From Amoebophrya sp. A120 (Eukaryota > Protista > Dinoflagellata): 64,000 nt of DNA. The notes under the pieces are model-generated. The model saw nothing but the letters and a program-made list of their open reading frames with translations, searched no databases and was not told where the DNA came from. Position numbers and translations under genes: made by a program. Below, piece after piece: positions 46,360 to 58,747 of this stretch (its first letter is position 1; each line of letters begins with the position of its first letter). The stretch lies in assembly GCA_905178155.1 (NCBI GenBank), contig CAJINV010000029.1, positions 127,863 through 191,862 on the forward strand. The letters are read 5' to 3'.

Positions 46360-46550
46360 AATGGGCCAAATGGAGGAGGGCGGATACAACATGGCCCCAA
46401 GCCCGGGCGACGGGGCGCCCCGCGAGCGCAGTGGGCCCGATAACCGGAAGCGCGCAAAGCAATGCGTACAGTCAGCGCCGGCCGGCCGGCGCCAGCGCCA
46501 AGCGCCAAAAGTCTGCGCGCCAGGGTGGTGGCTGGCCCTGCCAGGGTGGT
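46360..46550. repeat. Conserved GC-rich non-coding block, copy 2
   Basis: Matches 35770-35940. Confidence 0.85.
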
Positions 46551-47905
46551 GGCGCGCGCCTTTCCAGCCGCTGGGGGTCCAGAATTAGTGTCACAGGTTC
46601 CCGCGGTCCAGGCCCAGACATAATAGCAACGCATACGGCGCGAAAACTAGTCCCAGCATCCGACGCAGGGCCGCAAGCCGCTCGCAGAGCAGCTGAGCAA
46701 CCTAAAGAGACTGGCCGGGACCGCGAAACATGTCGCGCAAAGGGAAGTACTCCGGCCGTGCAAAATAAATGCTAGCAACGACGCCCGTCTTTTCTCATCA
46801 CGCTGACGAGTGGCCCGGCGCGGTCGGGGACTGAAATAAGACGGGGCGGAGACGCACGACAGGGGACGGGCAAACGGACCACCTGCGCCGATCCGGCGGC
46901 ATTGCCCGTCGCGATCAAGCGGGGCACGGCCGGAAAGCGCCGGGCGGCAGAAATAAGCTGCCAGCCCTTGCGCGCAAACATCTTATCGTGGTTGGAAGGA
47001 TTTCGCTGCTTCAGTAAAGACAAGAAGCTGATCATGATCACGGTAAGTGTCGTTGTGCACAACGTCGCCGAGAAGTAGAAAAAGATGGATGTAGTTCTTC
47101 GCTCATGTTGTAGCTTCGTGACTGACGGTTCACTGCTCTAAGACTTAAGTGTTGCACTCATAGCCTAGCTCATTTTTGCAACCACTTCTCGCAGCTGTCT
47201 CGTCCATGCATGTCAACCTCAGAACTCAACTCTGTTATGAAAGCGCACTCGTGCCAGACAAAGATACATCACGCAACAACACGAACACGAGGGCTTGCTT
47301 TAAAACAGAAGCTCTCGGTGGTGCAGCGCCTTGGCCCTACTATGTAAGGCTGCTGGCGGCAGGGCCGGGACACCCAGGCAATTCGAGCAAGTTTCTTTTG
47401 CGAAGCCGATGCGGCGCAGCGGACGCAGTTGCAGCGCTTTTGCTACAGTGCTCTAGCTGGTGCGCGGGTTTGACAGTCTTCACCAGGACTTTTCGCTCGG
47501 TACTTCTTCGTGAAAGAAGTGCACCATCCTCAAGAAGAAGCCTTCCGTAAGAAGTGCACCAGCCTCAAAGCTAGGGCTGCTCTGTATCTTTAGTATCGGT
47601 CCATCATAAGTAATCCTGTATTTTTAGTACTCTGCTCTTAATCAATGCCAGAAGAGTTGTATCATAAAATTATTAAAAATTATTAACAAGGGGTGAGTTC
47701 GAACTTTGATTTTGTTTTTCGTCGGACATTATGACGTAGAGGACTGAAGCCGAGTAAGAAATAGCAAATAAGACGGCCCAAAACAGTTTGACTTTGGATA
47801 GTGTTTTGAGTTGTAAAGATCTACTTTCTGAACCAATTTATTACGAAGAACGGTAGCAGGAGAAACGCAAAGAAAGCCACTCTCAACCGGTCTGCACTAC
47901 TCGTC

Positions 47906-49114
47906 TTACTTTCTCGCGGCGAAGCACCACCCAGCAGTACGCCGCTTGCGCGTACAAGTAGAGGTAGTCGAAGCCGCGGTCTTCACCTCGCCGTCCGCAT
48001 GGTCCGTCCCAGACACTGGCTCCTTCGCATCCTGGTCCAGGCCCGACTCAGGATCGTTCGTGCCCGACGGTCCCGCCAGCTCTTCATCCGTAGTGGACAG
48101 CTGCGCGGGTATGGAAGTGTCAGAATCGAAATTGACAAAATCGAAACGATTTGTCATGCACAAAATGGATTCCAGTTCGAACCCAGTTTCTAAGTGGCGC
48201 ATGACAAATTCTGGTGGTGCCTAAATCCATTCTGTGGCGCTGTTTAGGCAAAGAAGACCGATTCTCTCATGCTGCTTTAGCAGCTCGAGCTATAACCCCA
48301 AACAGGCTTACAATCGGCCTCACTTGCCTGCTCTGCAACACACGCATTTCGCGTCATGCATTTTATGCATCACAAATTTTTCGATTTTGTCAATTTCGAT
48401 CCTGACATTTCCATAGCGGGGTCGTGGTGGGTAACGGCCGCTTCCGCCTGGTCCTTGCTGAGTAGACATCGCTCCTTTTCCGGCGGGATGAATACCCAGC
48501 TGGAAGGTACAAGCGTTATCAGGCCCAAGCCCCCTTCGGGTTCGACGGACTCCACCGAGAGATCGGGCCTGGCGTCGGCGATCTCGCGCGGGGGGGGTAT
48601 CCAAGAAAAAAACGTTGTTGGTGTAAATTTGTGATGCGCAACATGCAAAAAGATTGCGTCTGTCATGCTTGGCATGCGTCGTAGTGTCCATTAAAGGGCG
48701 TTTTCACATTCACGTAGCATCTGCGCATGACAGGTTTTTGCTGTCATGCGAGACGAATTTGTAATGCTGTTCCTCAAAAAAACTTACACCGGCAATGTTT
48801 TTTTCTCGGATATGGGGGAAGAAGACCTCGGGACCGACTCGGATTTCGTCGTCGTCCTCGGATTTCGCGATCTTCTTCTCATCGAACGGAGCAAACATCT
48901 TGTCCCGCAAGACCCGGAACTCGTTCCGACCGCTGACGACGCTCTTCCCGCAGAGATAACAACCCGCGCAGCAGCAGCCTACAGCGAGAATTGGAACGCC
49001 GCAGCAGCAGCCTACAGCGACATCGCCGATGCTCTTGATTTTTTCGCAGAAGGGCACGCCGGGGTCGACGTAAGCTGGGTTTTTGGACCAGAATGTCTCG
49101 CCGGGGTCGGACAT
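47906..49114 (-). CDS. Unknown protein, 225 aa, with a Cys-rich hydrophobic segment (AVGCCCGVPILAVGCCCAGCYLC); exons 49114-48813, 48592-48416, 48104-47906
   Basis: 678 nt from ATG to TAA, open across two introners. Confidence 0.8.
48110..48415. mobile_element. Introner, family K
   Basis: ~57-bp near-perfect TIR TATGGAAGTGTCAGAATCGAAATTGACAAAATCGAAA; perfect TSD GCGGG. Confidence 0.94.
48598..48812. mobile_element. Introner, family J
   Basis: TATCCAAGAAAAAACGTTG / CAATGTTTTTTTCTCGGATA; TSD GGGGG/TGGGG. Confidence 0.88.
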
Positions 49115-50739
49115 TTCTTCGCTTCAAGCCGGTTTTTGGACCAGAAAGAACAGTTTTATACTTTTATCGCTTTTTTCTGTTTCTCAATTAAAAAAAAAGG
49201 ACCCAAAAGAAAACTGTTTGTTGTTGAGCAAAAGATCAATCACGACGTGCCGAAAGATATCAGTGATCATGATGATGATATTACCCAGTAAAGGGCTCGA
49301 AGGAGGAATCGTACGATTCCATTACAGCACAGTAAATGGATCTTCTCTCTATCCGATCGAGCACTTTTTCACGAGGACTTCTGGTGGTTTGTGTGGTTTT
49401 TCTTTATGATAGAGGTAGTACGAACGTTTTTTTTGTCTATATGATAGATGGCTCTTTTTTCGGGGGCCTTGAACCTTTGACGCACGTAAGAATAAGAAAG
49501 AAAACTCTACGCAAACGCTAACTACGAGGGGTGGGTAGACGATTTTCTTTCGGGAAGAGGGGCTTTAAAATTTCAGAAATCTCCATCAATGTTCATCCTT
49601 CAGAACACTCGAAGAATATCGAGATTCGTGCGAAATATTTCGGCATTGATGTAGTCCCAAAAGACTGTCGAGTTGGAAAATTCAGTTTCTTGTTTTGCAT
49701 TTTCAGCAAGAGAAATTCCTTTTTCTCTTCTCATTCTTCTCGCGAAAAAACAATTTTTCATCAGAAAAAACTCAACAGATGTTTTTCGTTTTCTTCACAA
49801 ATAGCTATGGCTAAACACCCTGCCCAGGCAATGAAAGAAAGAAAAAAGCACGAACGATGATCGGCCGATGGTGTCTCCACTCACAACGAGTCATCTTCGC
49901 TCGGTTTTCCACGCGCTGTCGAAGGAAACGAAACAACCCAATTGTGTCCTCATTCAAAAATAACGAACAAGCAGCACGACGCGTACATCGCATGTGCAAA
50001 CCTAGTTCTATTGAAAGCCTCGGCCGCCGATTCGCGACTTCGTTGCTCCACCTCAAAATATTCCTATAGAGAATGCGTATCCGCAGCTATTTTTATTCTC
50101 GCTATTCAATGCGATCTACTTGGTCAAACCAATTTCAGATCCGAAATCATTCGTGCAAAAGGAGGTCACGGCGACTTGCGAAGCAGCTTCGACGGATATT
50201 CATCTTCTTGGAAACAAACCTTTCGCGAATCTTCTCATCTGGCTTTTCTGTTTACGTTTAATTTTGTCAGAAGTTAATTTTGGTGGAGTAAGTCTAAAGT
50301 CATGATTTTTTGTCTACGGTGCAATTGGTATTTTGAATGAATAATTAAGATGAATAAATGTATTTTTATCACTTGTTTCAGGAGCAATTTTACAAACAAA
50401 AATAATTGGTGTACACTGGTAAAACTATAGGTGTTGAGGATTTTTTTTTGCGGTTGAGTCTACACTTGTAATCAACTGTGAATTAAGGTACATCTACATT
50501 CTGGTAGTCCGCAGCAGCGGCCGAAATGAGAGAAGCTTTGATTTTCTTTGATTGTAAGATTTCTTCGAAGCTAGTCTTCAGCGTATATGAGGTTGTAGGT
50601 ACACCACGTCCTATCACTCCAGCGTTCATTTCGTGGAAGCACTACAGTATACAAATGGTCTTCTCGTCATCTGTGTACAACCTAACTTCCGTTATTCCGC
50701 CCTTCCATTCACGAGTTTATGTTTGTGTAAAACAAACTC

Positions 50740-53274
50740 ACTCCCAGCACCATTTCCGAAATGACGATGTTTGCCCTGCTGCGGCTGCTGCGGAGACAAA
50801 CTGATCGGGGAGGGGGGGAAAGTAATGCTAATGCACATGCGTACTCAGACTTACAAGAAGTTGAAGCTGTCATGCAAAACAAGCTTTGAAATGGTCCTCG
50901 CAGCACACAAACGCATGCACCAGATGCAAGACAAATCTCGATACCGGGAGGGAAACTTATTTTTTGTGATACCCGCAGTCTGCTCTTCCATGTGCTCGGT
51001 GTCCTGCTGTACCTCGGTTTTGTGAGTAATTGCGTTTGTCATGCGCGAAATTGGAATGAAGTGGCTCTTTATCTGTCATGCTTAGAAACGAAAACCCATC
51101 TGCGAAGCACATCATTTTATACGACCTATACCTCCTGCTTCATCCGTTGCAGGTTGTTGTGCCGGATTTTTCGGTATGCAGTGCTTCAAATACTTCTACC
51201 ACAATTTCATCGTCAGGATGGACGTGTGTTACGCTACAAACGGATGAAACGTAATTTTCAAAACTTGTTGTGCGCCACACCAGGATGCAGTAGAAGGGCA
51301 GATTCATTGATACGCTATGCGCATGACAAAGCTGCATGACAAACTTTTAACAGCAGAGGTAGTTGTAGAAGTAAGAAGTAATTATGTCATCGGATACCAA
51401 AGTCGTCTGCTCCATGTCGTGCAACATCGTGTAGAAGGTGCTCAGGGAATATGACCATGCACAACTTACGTATTCTTATACCCCTCCCTCTTTTTGAAAT
51501 ACATGACAAAACGACACTCCTGGACGATTCCGCATGAAAAGTTGCTCCTGTACTGCTTGTCAAGTAGCAGCACCTGCGCCTAAGGCAGGCGTTACAAAGC
51601 GTTTGATTAGGTTGGCGTAAGAGGCACAATTTAGCATGGCAAATCAGGAAGGAGAAAGAAATTTGTTCCATTTTTCGTGCACCACTTTCATAAGAAAGGA
51701 TCCGGTTTCTGATCCACGACGGTCCTGTTGTTGTTTTTTTCTCGGTGCCGAAAGTCAATCAATTTCCTTTCTCAAATCCAAGGTCCATTAGCAAGACAAA
51801 AAGTCAAAAGATAGATGAAAGTTTGTCATGCAGAAACCACCTCGAAAATTTCTTTTGTCATGCAGAATCAAGAGCCACTATCAAACCAAAATTTGTAATA
51901 TACCAGTGCGTCGCGTTTCCGAGCATCAGGGTATGACAGTGCACAAACCCCCCTTCCCTCATTTGTCATGGAAAATACTCAATCCACTCCTTTCCTCTTG
52001 GCACTGTTTGCATGACAAGTTCTGGTAGCCCAAATACCACTAAAGTCCAGTGCAAACTTGTCATGCAAAATCTTATTAGTGATGCTTGTGTTGCCGCTCA
52101 TGCTGTACAAATGAGGATGAGGGGGAGTTGTGCACTGATGTCATACAGGGGCTTCCGGTAGTAAAAGGCATCGTACTCCATCTTGTACTTGGTTTGCGGT
52201 TATGCACTGCAAATATGGTGTCTGGCGTCTAGAAACATGCGAACGTTGGAAGTTGTAATGCTGGTCTTCTAGATATTCCTATGCAACCAAAATGTATCGT
52301 AGTACTTATACGCATGACCAGCGAAAGTTGTGCTCTTTTTTGTACATACAAAAACGTAGTTCTGCATGCGAACTATGCATGGAAAAGCGCCTTACAAACT
52401 TGTCATGCTTGGCTGCATCACAAGTTCTTGTCATGCTTGGCTGCTGGTGTTTTCTTTTCATCATCCACAGTCCAGCATCACAAGTTTCCACACCCAGACA
52501 TATTTGCGTCCCATAGCGGTGCCCCGATGGTGACCACTTCTTTCGTCGCTGCATCAAGGTGAAAAGGTAGGGCTTTTTCGAACTGATTTGTCATGCGGAC
52601 ACTCTAATGATGCTCCTTGCTACAAACAATTACGATAAACATGTTTGTGATGCATATATTGCTAGCTTCACTGGCTCATCACTTGACAGTAGAAGCCCTT
52701 TTGCATGACAAATCCTTGATTTCCAAAAAACGGCTTTCACCTATCCTATGGAGCGCGGGTGGAGCACCCGGCAGACGACGTCTTGGAGGAAATCGGCATT
52801 GTGTTTGTGTTGGATGGGCGATATGCATGAGAAATTTTCAGCATTCCAAACTTGTCACGCAGTCTTGCATGCACGATGGTATAGACGTCACACGTTTGCT
52901 TTGTTTTTCATGTGTTTTATCAAGCTACAATATGGATAATCCATTTAGAAAAGTTTGGACTGAGGGAAAATTCGTCTTGCATACTACTGCGACTCCTTGG
53001 CTGTGTAATCCTGTTGGTTCTCCTGCCTGGTGTGAAACAAACGGCGTCAGGCGCTCGTTGACGCAGTGAGACCAACTGGTACGCACTATCTTTTTGTTTC
53101 GAGCTCGAAAGTTCGAAGATCGTCCTCTTGGTGTAAAAAACCGGCTTTTCAAGGGGCAGAAGATCAAGATGCACTTCGGACTCTTCCGTTTCGATCAATG
53201 AGACAAGCTCATGCGACGTTTTTAAATAATATTCGAAACTCACAACCAGCGGGCACGAATACGATCGACGACAT
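50740..53274 (-). CDS. Micro-exon-rich unknown gene, only partly reconstructed
   Basis: HLDAATKEVVTIGAP|QTKYKMEYDAFYYRKPL|MLGNATHW is open across two introners; candidate start MSSIVFVPAG followed by GTGAGT. Confidence 0.45.
51932..52145. mobile_element. Introner, family I
   Basis: Perfect TSD CAGGG. Confidence 0.9.
52201..52515. mobile_element. Introner, family A
   Basis: Perfect TSD GCGGT. Confidence 0.9.
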
Positions 53275-54249
53275 TCGATGCGTGACGAAGACAAAACGTC
53301 TCACATCGATCACCCTCGCCTCGATTCGTTGCTCAACACGGGTCGATCAATCCGTCCGAAGAAGGAGTCTAGTACTTTTACTTAATATTACTAAGCCTAA
53401 GGTATAAACCGATAAAATACGGATCGAAAAAACGAATTCACTCGCCGAATACGTAGCGAAGCACTCAAGGTGAGTCGAAACCTAGCGCGATTCCAAAATT
53501 TTGTAGAAATAGAATTCATTTTTACAAATGAAAATCCTTTATACAAACCGAAACCACGACGCTCTTGTTCTAGCGGACCGAGTAGACAAAGATAATGACG
53601 ATATGGTAATCACGACGTTCTTCTGCCAAGTTGTCCGAGGACGAAAGCAGTGGCGCAGACAGCATCGAGGAACGAAGACCGTGACGTTTGTGTCAAGAAA
53701 CCGAATAGCACCATGCGAGCACTTTCTCAGCCATCGCTTCTGTTGGTGCGGCTTACCTACAGAAATGGATCTTTACTGAACCTGAAGCAGTAGATCTGCA
53801 CAATTTCGATTAGCCATCAATATTTCATCATCGTGGTCGCGCTCAACATCTACTTGATTTTGCATTTACTTGTTCCAACCGACTGAGTACGATCTGGACG
53901 CTCACAGGCGGAAAACGCGGAAGGCAAAATCTCACATGAAGACTGGCTCCTTCCATGACAGCCTGCTGATAAGCATTGCTTTTTCCAGCGTCGCTTTCGA
54001 GATTCTGAAAAAATATTACGAGCGAAGTCAACCGGTTTATTTCTTTTTCGCTCGGCGTCCATTGTAAAACAATTTCAACGTGGGAAAGTTCCTGTTTCGG
54101 TAAGAAAAAATCAAGTAAAGTACTCCTACTTGCTGCTCAAGAAAATACTGTTGCGCTGTCGACCAACAGCTTGCTCTGTCATCTCCAAAAGCTGAAGTGG
54201 TTTCCCGTTTCCGGAAGATGAAATTATGTATCTATACAACAGTCCCACA

Positions 54250-57200
54250 TCAGTTTCTGGATAACGATGAGGATGATACTGACTGCATAAACACCAGTGA
54301 AGACTCCAGCGCATTGCTCATGCGCTCGCCGACCGTCTCTCGGAGTTTCAGCGGTATCCCCTGGATGTGTTTGGCCAGGGCGTCCGTCTTATCCACTGCA
54401 AAAGTATCGCACTCGTAGTAATTGCATTTATGCATTACAAATTTCTTTCTCAAGGCAAATCAGCATTACGGATTTAATTTGTAATGCTGGGCGAATTTGT
54501 AATGCAATTTATACTAGTACGATGCTTTTGCAGTTCATACGTCTTGCAGTGGGGCAGCAGCAAGTCGCACATTGCCAGCGTGAAGGTGTCATCCTCTGCA
54601 AATATGTCGGGGTCTGGAAGAATGCAAAATTTGTGAGGCTCGCCCTGGATGCTACAAAAATCTGTGTTGCGGGTGTAGCACCAAAAGTGGTCCACTTTTT
54701 GCTACGCGGATAGGGTATTTCATCTCTTGCGGGATTAGTAGGCATCAGGAAGTTCTCATTCAAGTAACCTTAGCTATGGTGCTCGGGTATGTACATTGCA
54801 GAGATGGTGCGTCATGCTAAATCTGCAGCATGACCTCCAAGGGCACACTTTTCCGGACCCGGATGTATTGCATTGGATATGTGTTGCAGTTGTTGTACAG
54901 ATGCCGGTATAATTCTCCGTGCCCTATGAAGTTCTCAAACGTTTACATTATTCGAATTCGTATCCCTATAAAATTAGCACCAGGGAGAGGGCAGGGCCTG
55001 CATATTCCGCACCACAGAATCAGCGCAGATTTCCATGATTTTCTTACACCCTTCGAGAGTTTTGGCATGCGAAGTAGTCCGGTCGTTGGGTTGCGGACGA
55101 AGGCAAAAATTTTCTTTCCCTGCAACAGCAAAGATCGCAGCCGCTTGAGATTTTCATACCCCCTGCGAAATCCCTCTGCGCCGCGTCGAAGAGCTCCGCG
55201 GCCGTTTCGTAATCGTCCACAAAGTATCAACTGTAAAAGTGTCTGGGTCTGGAAGAATTCATGTTTGTCATGCTTGTCTGGCATGCCTCTTAAATCTGTC
55301 ATGCACGTTACCCAAGAGCTCCGCTTTTCTGTGATGCAGAAGCGCAGTTTGTCATGCAGAATAGGCAACACCTAGGAGCTCAGAAGGTTGTCATGCTGAG
55401 CCAGCATTTGTAGCCTCGTCATGAGACGCCCCCCAGCATGACAAGTTCCCAGACCCAGACATTTTTACTTTTCATACAAACCCCACGAGGATGCTGTGTC
55501 GATAGACCCACTTTCCGCCGCAGGCTGCCTGGGCACGCACGCGCTCGACGGCCACTCCGCCAGAGGATGATAGGGGAAGTTCGCCACAAGTGGCGGGTGC
55601 CAATTGTAGTGTCGCCTTAATTGCATTTGCTCCCACTAGAACTATGATGGTTCCTGGGAAGGTGGAGAACTACATGCAAAACAAGTGGTCGAGAAAATGC
55701 AGTATGCATCAGAATATCGCATGCAAAAATGTCTGGGTCTGGAAGACTCATGCCGTTTTTGCATGACACAGGGGTTCTGGCATGGAAGCTCTAGCATCAC
55801 AGGTTTCCAGAAGCTTCCGCAATGCCAAATCCGCATGACAAATCCCCCTCCTTGCTGGCAGAAAGTGGGCAGCTTTTGCTACTTACCCATGCATGAGAGA
55901 TTTTTTCTGGGTTCTGAAATGCGCATCACAAGTTTGTATTCTTCCAGACCCAGGAGACATTTGTGCATTTCATACAGAACCCGAAGATAGCAAGGTATCC
56001 AAACTTGTGGCCGCATTTCATCGCTCGATACGCTGTATTGAAATTCACTACCGCCAAACTCGATCCCGCTGTGGAACGGCTCCTTCTCCATGAGTTTACC
56101 GACGAACCGACTCGATCCCGACGTCAGGTCGTACACATTCACCCACACTGCCAGCATGCTCGTATCCAGTGCCGTGAACCTGTGCGGTTGCCCCTTGTAC
56201 AAATCATCGTGGTCGTCTGGCTCCTGCAAGATGCCCTCACTCGTCAGTGTTCGGATAACACGCCTTCCCGGCTGCTCGCTATCGCCCACCTGGAAGACAA
56301 TAGTCACATCGGATGCGTTCTGTATCAGTTCTTCTCCATAGATTCCTGCGCCAGAAAAAGCGGGTGCTCTCGTTTCACCATTTGGCTTTTTCTCGTACAC
56401 GTGCCAGAACACCTTTTCGTCCGGGTTTGTCACTTCGTACTGCACTACTTTCGCATCGGGCGCATTTTCCCCCTTGGAGGCGATGCTGTCCTCATAAAAC
56501 CGTTTGTGCACCGTCAGCTGCACGCCGGAGGATGATTCGGGTGGCAGCAATATCCTGATTAAATACGTCCCCACACCAGAGTCAAGGTGGGAAATCTGCT
56601 AGACAATTCACCCAGCTGTGGTTGTTTGGCCTGACAAGCTTGTCCTCGTAGTGAAATCCTGTTTTAGCTAGTTTAGAAGCATCACAGGTCTAGCATGTCA
56701 TGCTGATTCTAGCATCACAAATTCCAAACCACGAATAGGAAATGCTTCTCATAGGGCTCCGCATGAGAAAGAACATTTTTGGCATGCAAAATTGCACGAC
56801 AACTCTGGGGTGTTTATGTACTGGAAGAGACCAAAACAAAGCACAGAGAAACTTCAAATTTTCAGGGGACGACTCTGGGGTGGGGACGTTTTTACACGGG
56901 ATAAGCAAACCCTTCGCACGCAGGGCGCCCCCCACGGTCTTGAGAAACTGCGGGACTGTGACGTGCTGGCCGTATCCCAGAGAAAAAAGCTAGCAGGGCA
57001 CATTTGCATGTGGAAAAATAAATACTTATTAAGAAAAATCTGTCATGGAGGGCCGCTCCATAGCATGCTGTTTGGGCCATGCAATACAGATTTTTTTGCG
57101 TCAGTATTTACTTTTGCGTCACAAATATGACCTGCCTGCTTTTTTCTGTGTGATAGCCCGAACTGGAAATTGATTGACGAACCCTCTTATGCACGGTAAG

Positions 57201-58747
57201 CGTATCTGGGTGTGAAAGCATGGAAGCCTCTGACCCTGATGCCGGAGCAAGCAACGAAAATCTGTGTTGCACGAACGCCAAAAGATTCCCATGGGTTGAT
57301 GCCACGCAAGGAGCAAGGTTCTCATGCGGGACAGGGTTCAAGAAGGCTATTCATAAGCCTGCCGTGCCTTGTTTGTAGTTGTACGCATTCTAGGATGAGG
57401 CCATTTCTTTGTCCGATGCAAACGACGCATGACAAACAGGACCACTCTTTCAGACCCAGACACGTTTGCAGTTTATACCTCTGGCTTCGTCTTGTACTCC
57501 GGGTACGCATATGAAATGTAAAAGTGTCTGGGTCTGGAAGAATGCAACTTGTGATGCTAACTTTGGATTCGAAAAAAATCTGTATTGCATGAGCAGCAAG
57601 AGGCGCCCAGTTTGTGCTACGCGGGGAGGGCATTTGTCATGCGGGATAGGCATTGGCATCAGGAACGCCTCTAGAAATATGTGATGCTAGGTCATGCATT
57701 TCAGACATCCTAAGTCATGCAAAATATGCATGACAAACCTGGTAACCTTCCAGACCCAGACATTTTTACAGTTGATAACGCAGCGGGGATGCTCGTGTCG
57801 TACTTCCAGGCTAATGTGGAGCCCGAGTCTAAGTTCCTTGCACTCTCGCAGGGTATAACAGTGCAAAACCCCCTTTCTTCCCATTATCTGTATTGGTATT
57901 CTTGCAAAATGTCGGATGAAGTAGTCCGCACATCGTGTTGAAGCACTGTCTGCAACACAAATTTCGCAAACCTCAAACATCAGTATAACAACCCGCGTGC
58001 AGATTTGTCAGGCGGAAGCTACTTTTCTGCTGTCACTTGTGCTCCTACTCATGCCCTTCATGTACAAATGCGGGACGGCTGGTTCTGCACACACTCGCAT
58101 AAAGATAACATCAATCTTGCAATCGCCATCACTGCTTGGACTCGGTGACACAATATGCATTGCAAATATGTCTGGGGCTGGAAGAGTGCAAAGTTTGTCA
58201 TGCGGCTTGAGGTCTGGAATGGCGCATGTAGCATCAAGGACTGCGACTGTACAAGATCCTATACAATACCTAGCCCGCATGAGAAGCATCGTCTGAACTT
58301 GCCCCAAAGTGGGCAACTTGTAGTAGTCACGCAACACAGACTTTTGTGTGTCGCACAGGAAGCATTACAAGTCCACATATTTTCAGAGCCAAACATATTT
58401 TCAGTGGATAGACGATGGGACGATGCGATGGAGGTGTTGCTGGGACGATGGGATGGAGCGTTTTGTCGAGGGTGCTCAGCCGGGGTCTCCTTATGCTGTG
58501 AAAAAGTATCGGACTTGATGTAGCATAAAACCGCAAAAATGCATCACAAATCTCCTCGCGTCCCACAGGATGAAATCTGTATAACGAATTCCATTTGTCA
58601 TGGCTATATTGTTCGCACTGCACTTACTACTAGTACTAGTCCGATACCTTTACAATTCTTATTCCTACTGAAAAAGCAACATCGTGTTGCCTCTTCAACA
58701 ACACACGGAGGTGGAGAAGGAAACGCGGGAGGTGGAGTGCCCTGCAT
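54250..58747 (-). CDS. PPPDE/DeSI-family (desumoylating-isopeptidase-like) cysteine peptidase with N-terminal extension, ~13 introns
   Basis: VWVNVYDL...PFHSGIEFGGSEFQY (His at 56073-56071), YRHSILVGF, and, only after splicing, LYRHLYNNCNTF (Cys at 54888-54886): the PPPDE His/Cys dyad. Two junctions (~55620-56000 and ~57850-58050) are unresolved. Confidence 0.82.
54390..54539. mobile_element. Introner, family C
   Basis: Perfect TSD CGTCT. Confidence 0.9.
54590..54879. mobile_element. Introner, family A
   Basis: TSD GGTGT/TGTGT; join NCNT|FTL. Confidence 0.9.
54925..55158. mobile_element. Introner, family G-like
   Basis: TATGAAGTTCTCAAACG / CGCTTGAGATTTTCATA; in-frame join. Confidence 0.8.
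55225..55476. mobile_element. Introner, family A
   Basis: TSD CAAAG/CAAAC. Confidence 0.88.
55715..55974. mobile_element. Family A element, probably inside an older intron
   Basis: Perfect TSD CAGAA; the joined frame hits a stop ~90 nt later, so an extra intron is needed. Confidence 0.85.
56551..56903. mobile_element. Introner, family B
   Basis: Perfect TSD AGCAA. Confidence 0.9.
56973..57155. mobile_element. Introner, family J-like
   Basis: TATCCCAGAGAAAAAAGC / GCTTTTTTCTGTGTGATA; TSD GGCCG/GCCCG. Confidence 0.85.
57188..57477. mobile_element. Introner, family A
   Basis: Perfect TSD CCTCT. Confidence 0.9.
57510..57777. mobile_element. Introner, family A
   Basis: Perfect TSD ACGCA. Confidence 0.92.
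58154..58410. mobile_element. Introner, family A
   Basis: Flanks CACAA/GACGA. Confidence 0.85.
58492..58661. mobile_element. Introner, family C
   Basis: AAAAAGTATCGGACT / AGTCCGATACCTTTA; TSD CTCCT/TTCCT. Confidence 0.78.

Noticed and set aside
1430-58200. Recurrent peptides LPDPDIFA, QTQTYLHL, CVWVW and MSGSGR as a protein domain family
   Set aside because: They are translations of the family A TIR in different frames.
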